The notes below the pieces were generated by a model, which was not told where the DNA came from, searched no databases, and worked only from the letters and a program-made list of their open reading frames with translations. The translations under genes were made by a program, and so were the position numbers. A DNA stretch of 64,000 nt from an uncultured Myxococcaceae bacterium (lineage in GTDB: Bacteria; Myxococcota_A; Polyangia; Polyangiales; Ga0077539), in the NCBI GenBank assembly GCA_945952225.1, contig CAMFHP010000026.1, positions 13,968 through 77,967 of the forward strand, in the 5' to 3' direction. Shown piece by piece: positions 56,957 to 64,000 of the stretch; positions within the stretch are counted from its first letter, which is position 1; each line of letters begins with the position of its first letter.

Positions 56957-57469
56957 TCACACGGGTTCGAGCGGGCGCGCCCTTCCGCGAAGGGTCTGCA
57001 ACAGGGCGTCGGCGTCGTGACGCGCCTCGACCGAGGGGTTCGTCTTGAGGAAGCGTTCGAGGTGCGCGATCGCCGCGCGACGATCGCCGTGCTCCGCGTA
57101 GCAGACCCCGAGGAGGTAGAGCGCGTCGGGGTCTTCGTCACGAAGTTCGAGCGCGCGTTCGCCCGCGCGGATCGCCTCGACGAAACGCTCCAGTTCGTAG
57201 AGGCACCATCCCCGCGCCACCACCGCGCCGAGGTACGTCGGCGCCCTTCGCTCCGCTTCGGTGAAGGCCGCGAGCGCCGGGCCGTGCTTGCCCTGCGAGG
57301 CCAGCGCCGTGCCCAGGTAGAAGTGCGCGTACACGTTGCCCGGGTCGCGCTCCAGCGCCGCGCGCAGCATCGGGATCGCCTCGTCGGGAGACTCCTCGCG
57401 CAGCAGTTCGAGGGCCTCGTCGATGGCCTCCCAGCGGGCGGCGTCCTGCGGGTCGTCGGCTTCGTTCAT
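56957..57469 (-). CDS. TPR-repeat protein
   Basis: It starts MNEADDPQDAARWE and has TPR-like units (YAHFYLGTALASQGKHGPALAAF, YLLGVCYAEHGDRRAAIAHL). The ATG overlaps the upstream stop (ATGA). Confidence 0.7.
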   Translation of the reverse strand: MNEADDPQDAARWEAIDEALELLREESPDEAIPMLRAALERDPGNVYAHFYLGTALASQGKHGPALAAFTEAERRAPTYLGAVVARGWCLYELERFVEAIRAGERALELRDEDPDALYLLGVCYAEHGDRRAAIAHLERFLKTNPSVEARHDADALLQTLRGRARPLEPV

Positions 57470-59028
57470 GGTACTTCCTGCGGGCTCGCGGCGAGGTCGA
57501 GCACCGCCCGCACGGTGCCGAGCAGCACGTCGGGCTCGACGGGCTTCGAGAGCATCGCGCGCACGCCCTCCATCGGCGCGTCGAGCCCGCTGCACCCGAC
57601 CACCGGGAGCGCCGCGCGCTCGCGCGTCACCCACGCCATCACATCATGGCCATCGCGTCCCGGCATCGAGCGGTCGAGCACCATCACGTCGTAGCGCGCG
57701 TCGTCACGGAGCAACATCGCGATGGCCTCGTCGCCGTCGGCCGCCTCGCTCACGTCGTAGCCCGCGCCTTCGAGCACCGTGCGCAACACCCGCCGCAGCA
57801 GGGGCTCGTCGTCGACCACGAGCACGCGCTCTCCGCGGCCGTAGAGCGCCGCGCGTGCCGTCACCTCGTGGGCCGTCTCCACCGTGTCGTCGATGGGCAG
57901 CGCCAGCGTGAAGCTCGCGCCCTCCCCCAACGCCGTGTGACACGTCAGCGTGCCCCCGTGCTCCCGCGCGATCGCATACGCGGTCGAGAGCCCGAGTCCG
58001 CCGCCGAGCGCGTGTCCCTTCGTGGTGAAGAAGGGCTCGAACACCCGCGCGCGCGTCGCGTCGTCCATGCCCGGCCCCGAGTCGCGGATCACCACGCACA
58101 CGCGCGCCCCGCTGCGCGCCGCCGACACCGCGATGCACGGGTCGCGACCCGGCGCCGACCGCAACGCGTCGCGCGCGTTGAGCAGCACGTTCACCAGCGC
58201 GCGCTCGATCTGCGAGGGCTCCACCGACACGCGCGGGAGGTCTCGCGCCACGTCGATGTCCCAACGGATCCATCGGTCGAAGGTCGAGCGGCACAGCTCG
58301 GTGGTCTTCACCAGCAGCGCGCCGAGGTCGTGCGGGGCGCGGGCGCGCGTGCTGTCTCCGCCCATGCTCCGCGTGAGGGCGCGCACGATCACCGCGGCCT
58401 GACGAGAGGCCTCGCGCGCGGGCTCGAGCCACACCGCGGACTCGGGCACACGACGCGCGGCCTCGTCGAGACTTGGCACCACGGCCGCGAGGAGGTTGTT
58501 GAAATTGTGGGCCACGTTCGACGCGAGCCGCGCCACGGTCTCGACCCGCTGCGCGTCGCGGAGCTCGGCCTCCATCGCGTGGCGCTCGGTCACGTCGAGC
58601 ACCGCGCCGATCATCCGCACGATGGCCCCGCCCTCGTCGCGCACGACCGTGCCGCGCGCGTGGATCCATCGCACGGCGCCGTCGCCGCAGAGGATGCGGT
58701 GCTCCAGCGTCGGGTACTCGCCGCGCGCCACCGCGTGTCGCACCTGCTGCTCGACGTGGCCGCGGTCGTCGGGGTGCAGCCGCGCGGCCCACGTGGCGTA
58801 GTCGCGCGGCGCGTCGGCGGGCGCGAGTCGGAAGATCGCGCAGAGGCGCTCGTCCCAGTGCACCTCGTCGGTCGCGACCTCCCAGCGCCACACACCGATG
58901 CCCGAGGTCTCGATCGCGAGGCGGAGGTGCTCCTCACGCCATGACGGCTGCGACGCCGCGGCGCGCAGCGCGCGAAGCTCGCGCTGGAGCGTCTGGACCT
59001 GCAGTTCGAGTTCCTCGACGCGGCGCAC
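57466..59028 (-). CDS. Hybrid histidine kinase (coiled coil - PAS - HisKA - HATPase_c - receiver)
   Basis: The PAS segment is GIGVWRWEV...WDERL. The H-box is LASNVAHNFNNLLAAV. GGGLGLSTAYAIAREHGG belongs to the catalytic domain. The receiver has RVLVVDDEP and DVMVLDRSMPGRDG. Confidence 0.85.
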   Translation of the reverse strand: MRRVEELELQVQTLQRELRALRAAASQPSWREEHLRLAIETSGIGVWRWEVATDEVHWDERLCAIFRLAPADAPRDYATWAARLHPDDRGHVEQQVRHAVARGEYPTLEHRILCGDGAVRWIHARGTVVRDEGGAIVRMIGAVLDVTERHAMEAELRDAQRVETVARLASNVAHNFNNLLAAVVPSLDEAARRVPESAVWLEPAREASRQAAVIVRALTRSMGGDSTRARAPHDLGALLVKTTELCRSTFDRWIRWDIDVARDLPRVSVEPSQIERALVNVLLNARDALRSAPGRDPCIAVSAARSGARVCVVIRDSGPGMDDATRARVFEPFFTTKGHALGGGLGLSTAYAIAREHGGTLTCHTALGEGASFTLALPIDDTVETAHEVTARAALYGRGERVLVVDDEPLLRRVLRTVLEGAGYDVSEAADGDEAIAMLLRDDARYDVMVLDRSMPGRDGHDVMAWVTRERAALPVVGCSGLDAPMEGVRAMLSKPVEPDVLLGTVRAVLDLAASPQEVP

Positions 59029-59037
59029 GGCGGAGGG

Positions 59038-61680
59038 TCAGAAGAAGTTGCCGATGGTGAATTCGAACACGCTGCTCTCCTCGGTGGGGAGCACGCGGCT
59101 CAGGGGGAAACCCCACTCGAAGCGCAGCAGGCCGAGCGGGCTCTGCCAGCGGATGCCGAAGCCCACGCTGTATCGCAGCGCCGTGGGGTTGCTCAGGAAG
59201 CTCGTGCACGGATCGACGACGGGCGAGACCGATCCGCCCGACGAGCGGCAGTAGAGCTGCTCGGTGTTGAACACGTTGCCCGCGTCGTGAAAGAGCACGC
59301 CGCGGATGCCCACCGCCGTGAGGATCGGGAACTCGACCTCGAGGTTGTAGAAGAACTGCAGGTTGCCGCCGATGACCGCGCCGTTGTTCACCAGCGCCGC
59401 GTTCGGATCGAGGGAGCCCGGGAGAAGAAGGCGCGGGCCGATGGTGCGCAGGCGGTATCCGCGCACGTCGAAGATGCCGCCGAGGAAGAAGCGCTCGTAG
59501 AGCGGCACGCCGCGGTCGAGGCGCGACACGACGGCGCCGCCCTGCACGTTCATCTTGAAGATCACGCCCGAGAAGAGCGGCCGGTAGAACCGGAACCAGC
59601 CCGTCACGCGGGTGTAGACGTTCTCGCTGAGCAGGAAGGGATCGGCCACGTCGACGCCGAGGCGCGCGAACACGCCGTCGGTGGGAAAGAGTCGATTGTC
59701 GCGGTTGTCGTACGCGATCGAGAGGCCCAGCGAGCTCGTGATGCCCGCCTGGAAGATGTTCGCGATCGGGAGCCGCTGGAACGACGACGGCAGCGTGTTG
59801 CTCGACCCGAAGAGGCCCGTCGAGGTGCCGAGGTTCACGCCCACGAGCTCGCCCGTGTACGTGGCGTAGACGCGCAGGTCGTTGCCGAGGATCGGGTAGC
59901 CGAAGGTCAGCGTGCCGCCCGTCGAGGTGCGGGTGAAGTCCTGGTAGGCGCGCTGCGAGTTGTAGATGTCGAGCGCGAAGGTCCAGTCGGAGTCGAAGAG
60001 GTACGGCTCGACGAAGCGCGCGGAGAAGATCTGCCGCAGGCCCGAGAGCTGCGCCTGGAGCGTCAGCGATTGTCCGCGCCCGAAGAGGTTGAGCTGCTGG
60101 ATCTGCGCCGTCGCGATGAGGCTCTCGACCGACGAGAAGCCCGCGCCGATCTGGAACGTGCCCGTCGGGCGCTCGGCCACTTCGACGTTCACCACGAGCC
60201 AGTCGGGGTGCCCTTCGACGGCCTCGGTGGAGAGGTCGACGCGCTCGAAATACCCGAGCGCCATGATGCGCCGACGGGAGTTCTGGTACGCCGTCTCGCT
60301 GTAGCGCTCGCCTTCGAGGAGTTCCATCTCGCGACGGATCACGCGCTCGGAGGTCTTCGAGTTTCCGCGCACCTCGATGCGATGCACGGTCACCACGGGC
60401 CCGCGGACGATGCGCACCGTGAGGTCGACGGTGGCCCTCGCCGGGTCGGGCTGGATGTCGGGCGTCACCTCGACGTTCGCGTAGCCCGCGTCGCGGTAGT
60501 AGGTCTGGATGCCCAGGATGTCGCGCGCGATCTCCGAGCGCGAGAAGTACTCCGAGGGCGTGACATGGAGGCGATCCCGCAGCGCGCGGCGGCCGCCGAG
60601 GGGTTCGACCTCGTTGCCGTCGGCGTCGACCTCCATCACGCGAAGGCGCCCGATGCGGTAGCGCGGCCCCTCGCGGACGTTGAGCACGATGTCGATGAAC
60701 TGGCGGTCGGGCGAGAGCGACACGCGGGGCTGCGCGATGTCGACGGTGAGATACCCGCGGTCGTAGTAGGCCGCGTGCAGCATGTCGACGTCGTTGCGGA
60801 ACGCGTCTTCGCGGAACGTGCCCGACGACGTGAGGAACGAGAAGAAGTTGCCCGCCGAGGTGCTCATCACCCCGCGCAACTCATCGGCCGTGAGGTTCTG
60901 GTTGCCGATGAACCGCACGCTGCGGACCTGCACCTGCGTGCGCTCCACGATGTGGAACACCACGTCGACCTGCTCGGTCTCACCCGCCACGGGCTCGACG
61001 CGGAAGGTCACCTCCGCGAGGAAGAATCCCTTCTCCGCGTAGAGGTCGAGGATCTTCTGCACGTTGCGTCGAACGGTCGTCTCGCTGAGCACCGACCCGT
61101 CGCGCAGGTCGATGGTCTCGCGGAGCTTGTCTTCGTCGACCTCGTCGTAGCCCTCGAAGCGCACCGCGTGGATCGTCGGTCGCTCCTGCAGCCGGTAGCG
61201 CAGCTCGACGCCGCCCTCGGCGGGCTCGGTGCTCACCTCGACGTTGCGAAAGAACCCCGTGTCCCAGAGCCTCCGCGCGTCGGACTGCGCGAGCGTGCGC
61301 GAGAGGCACTCGCCCTCGTGCGTGCGCACCGTCTGACGGAGGTCGTCGCCATCGAGGCGACGGAGCCCCGTGAGACGCACCCGCACCACGCGCTGGCAGT
61401 CCGCCGCCGCCGTGGTGTTGTCGGTGATCGCGGGCGTGGTGTCGTCGGGCTGCGCGGCCGTCGTGGCGGGCTGCGAGGGCGTTGCCGAAGGCGTTTCGGT
61501 GCCGGTTGCAGACGTCTGCGGGTCGGGCGGCTGAAGCGGCTGGAGCTGGAGCCCCGTGCCTTCGTTCAGGCGCAGACGCGGCTGTGCGTCGGCCACGGTG
61601 GGCGCCGCGACGTTCACCGCCAGGCACAGGAGCGCAGAGGGCGCGAGACGGAGCGCGAGGCGTGACGGGGGGCGGTTCAT
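59038..61680 (-). CDS. bamA: Outer membrane protein assembly factor BamA
   Basis: It has a signal peptide (MNRPPSRLALRLAPSALLCLAVNVAAPTVADA), POTRA-like repeats, and a C-terminal barrel ending FEWGFPLSRVLPTEESSVFEFTIGNFF. Confidence 0.9.
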   Translation of the reverse strand: MNRPPSRLALRLAPSALLCLAVNVAAPTVADAQPRLRLNEGTGLQLQPLQPPDPQTSATGTETPSATPSQPATTAAQPDDTTPAITDNTTAAADCQRVVRVRLTGLRRLDGDDLRQTVRTHEGECLSRTLAQSDARRLWDTGFFRNVEVSTEPAEGGVELRYRLQERPTIHAVRFEGYDEVDEDKLRETIDLRDGSVLSETTVRRNVQKILDLYAEKGFFLAEVTFRVEPVAGETEQVDVVFHIVERTQVQVRSVRFIGNQNLTADELRGVMSTSAGNFFSFLTSSGTFREDAFRNDVDMLHAAYYDRGYLTVDIAQPRVSLSPDRQFIDIVLNVREGPRYRIGRLRVMEVDADGNEVEPLGGRRALRDRLHVTPSEYFSRSEIARDILGIQTYYRDAGYANVEVTPDIQPDPARATVDLTVRIVRGPVVTVHRIEVRGNSKTSERVIRREMELLEGERYSETAYQNSRRRIMALGYFERVDLSTEAVEGHPDWLVVNVEVAERPTGTFQIGAGFSSVESLIATAQIQQLNLFGRGQSLTLQAQLSGLRQIFSARFVEPYLFDSDWTFALDIYNSQRAYQDFTRTSTGGTLTFGYPILGNDLRVYATYTGELVGVNLGTSTGLFGSSNTLPSSFQRLPIANIFQAGITSSLGLSIAYDNRDNRLFPTDGVFARLGVDVADPFLLSENVYTRVTGWFRFYRPLFSGVIFKMNVQGGAVVSRLDRGVPLYERFFLGGIFDVRGYRLRTIGPRLLLPGSLDPNAALVNNGAVIGGNLQFFYNLEVEFPILTAVGIRGVLFHDAGNVFNTEQLYCRSSGGSVSPVVDPCTSFLSNPTALRYSVGFGIRWQSPLGLLRFEWGFPLSRVLPTEESSVFEFTIGNFF

Positions 61681-61777
61681 GGGCAGACGCGAGGCGGGGC
61701 GTATACCCCGACACACTCGCGCGCAGCAAGGGTCGTGGCCCGACGGAAACCCGCGCGTCTCGCGTGACGTTGCGCCG

Positions 61778-63457
61778 TCAGCGCGCGAGGCCGTCGCGCA
61801 GCAGCGATGCGCGGCCCATGGGCCACGGCGCGCAGTTCGTCGACGAGCCGGGCACGGAGAACACCCGCAGCTCATCGGGCGCGGCGTCTTTCAACGACAC
61901 GACGAGGTCGAGCGCACCGTCTCCGTCGACGTCGGCCACCGCGGGCGCGCTCATCGATCCGCGCCCCGGCAACGCAACGCGGTGGAGCATCGCGCCGCGC
62001 GCGTCGAGCACGTAGAGCGCGCTCGTGTTCTGCGCGGTGGAGTAGGTCGCGAAGATCACCTCGGGTCGTCCATCGCCCGAGAGGTCGGCGATCACCGCGC
62101 CCGCGGTCGTCTGGTTCGCCGCGGTGGTGAAGGCGAAGCTCCATCGCATCGTGCGGTCGGCGCCCGCGCACCAGAGCCGCCCGTCGTAGCCCGCGAAGAC
62201 CATTTCGAGTCCCGGCGCGCTCGCGTCGAGGTCGGCGACGGCCACCGCGCACGTGGTTGCGACGACGTTTGTGTCGCCGAAATCTTCGAGGCCCGCGAGG
62301 TACGTGCGCACCTGCAACGGCGCGCTCCACGCGGCGGGTCGCGTGCCGTCGGGGTTCACCACGAAGAGGCCCACGCCGCGCCGTCGATCGCTCTGCGACG
62401 CGTTCTGGATCGACCCCAGCGCGATGATCTCGCGCGTGCCGTTGCCATCGAGGTCGGCGATGGCGGGCGCCGTCGTGGTGAAGTGCGCCTGCTCCGCGGT
62501 GCTCTCGTTCGACGCGTATCCCTGGCGCACGTTCGCGAGGTCGGTGAAGAAGCGCAGGCCCGGCGAGCGCGTCACGCCGCGAAACATTCCCGACGCCACG
62601 GGAAAGGCCTCGCCGCTGCCCCGATGCCACGAGATGTACGCGTTGTCGGCGGGGGCGACGACGTCCATGCGCGCGTCGTCGTCGAGGGGTCCGAGCGCGA
62701 GGTTCTGATCGAACGCGCCCGCGATGTCGCACGCGCTGTCACACCGCGAGGTGCCCGTCGCGTTGGGGGGAAAGCCCGTCACCACCGTGCCGTTCGCGCG
62801 CCACGCGGTGAGCACGTCTTCGCGCGCGCCGCTGCCCGCGGTGGTGGTCGACGCCGCCACGATCTCGGGCCGTCCATCGCCGTCGAGATCGCCCGCCGCG
62901 AGCGCGCGCACCTCATCACGGAGCCGCACGGGAAAGCCCTGCACCACCGCGCCCGCAGCCGTGTACATCACCACCCGATCGCCCGCCGCGGCCACCACTT
63001 CGAGCGATGCGTCGCCCGTGAAGTCACCCACCACGGGCGGCGCCCACACGCGCGCGCTCCCCGGCGCCGCGGCCCACGCGCGAGCGCCCGCCGCGCGCCA
63101 CACCACCACGCGATCGCCGCGCCCGGCGACGATCTCCATGCGCCCGTCGCGATCGAGGTCGGCCACCGCGGGCGCGGCGAGCCACGACTCGTCTCCCTGA
63201 TCGCGCAACGCGAGGCGCATCACCGGCGCGCGCACCGTCGCGCTGCCTCCGCCCGACGCCGCAGGACATGCCGCGCGCACGGGCACGTCGGCGGGACGCA
63301 CCGCATCCACCGTGGCATCGCCGACGGGCGTGTCGTCGGTCGCGCCATCGAGCGACGCATCGGGCTCCTTCGCGCCGCCGTCGTCGCTCCCCGGATCGCT
63401 CGACACGGCGCCGCCGCACGACAGCACCGACACCATCAACATCACCGCGCTGCGCAT
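61778..63457 (-). CDS. FG-GAP/VCBS-repeat lipoprotein
   Basis: MRSAVMLMVSVLSCGG is a lipobox. Repeated DLDRDGRMEIV, DLDGDGRPEIV, DLDGNGTREII, DLSGDGRPEVI and DVDGDGALDLV motifs follow. Confidence 0.8.
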   Translation of the reverse strand: MRSAVMLMVSVLSCGGAVSSDPGSDDGGAKEPDASLDGATDDTPVGDATVDAVRPADVPVRAACPAASGGGSATVRAPVMRLALRDQGDESWLAAPAVADLDRDGRMEIVAGRGDRVVVWRAAGARAWAAAPGSARVWAPPVVGDFTGDASLEVVAAAGDRVVMYTAAGAVVQGFPVRLRDEVRALAAGDLDGDGRPEIVAASTTTAGSGAREDVLTAWRANGTVVTGFPPNATGTSRCDSACDIAGAFDQNLALGPLDDDARMDVVAPADNAYISWHRGSGEAFPVASGMFRGVTRSPGLRFFTDLANVRQGYASNESTAEQAHFTTTAPAIADLDGNGTREIIALGSIQNASQSDRRRGVGLFVVNPDGTRPAAWSAPLQVRTYLAGLEDFGDTNVVATTCAVAVADLDASAPGLEMVFAGYDGRLWCAGADRTMRWSFAFTTAANQTTAGAVIADLSGDGRPEVIFATYSTAQNTSALYVLDARGAMLHRVALPGRGSMSAPAVADVDGDGALDLVVSLKDAAPDELRVFSVPGSSTNCAPWPMGRASLLRDGLAR

Positions 63458-63493
63458 CGCCACGCGAGTGTACACAGCCCCGCCGCGTCGTCG

Positions 63494-64000
<507 letters not shown>

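Noticed and set aside
59287-61665. 792-aa plus-strand ORF
   Set aside because: It is antisense to bamA.

Overview
This is a very GC-rich chromosomal segment, roughly 70% GC by eye. Its gene content looks like Myxococcota: AgmX/PglI-type C-terminal domains, an FHA-bEBP regulator, many His-kinases, PEGA and FG-GAP proteins, and Cys-rich repeat exoproteins. That taxonomic call is an inference. I can support about 52 protein-coding genes. They are densely packed on both strands, and several pairs have 4-bp start/stop overlaps (GTGA or ATGA). I found no rRNA, tRNA, CRISPR array, transposase, integrase or prophage genes. Many long ORFs in the six-frame track are GC-driven antisense shadows, and I rejected them. 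Housekeeping anchors are groES-groEL (with two CIRCE-like operators), rpoZ, thiL, bamA, a lolD-like ABC ATPase, a thioredoxin fusion and an Icm-like acyl-CoA mutase large subunit. The most coherent accessory theme is metal homeostasis. A Zur-type low-zinc island at about 17.0-25.5 kb holds a CDF exporter with an extreme His-rich loop, two COG0523 GTPases, DUF1826 and a Cys-less L33 paralog. A perfect AT-rich 12-bp palindrome sits between that operon and a divergent OPT-family transporter, which is followed by a TonB_C/AgmX-like protein and a 25-Cys lipoprotein. Upstream of the island is a CZB(zinc-binding)-PAS-Hpt-CheA-type kinase. Further along is an orphan LarC with an N-terminal poly-His tail. 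Other items worth a look: a DUF1588/lipoprotein/DUF1501 operon; a kinase pair in which the first protein has a DHp domain but no catalytic domain; a bEBP with no GAFTGA loop; an apparent pseudokinase; a 1048-aa protein with ten CGACG modules and a Gly-rich C-terminus; and a compact carbamoyltransferase/SGNH/deacetylase cassette. No known defence or mobile system is recognisable. All novelty claims are hypotheses from reading the sequence by eye and need HMM or BLAST confirmation.
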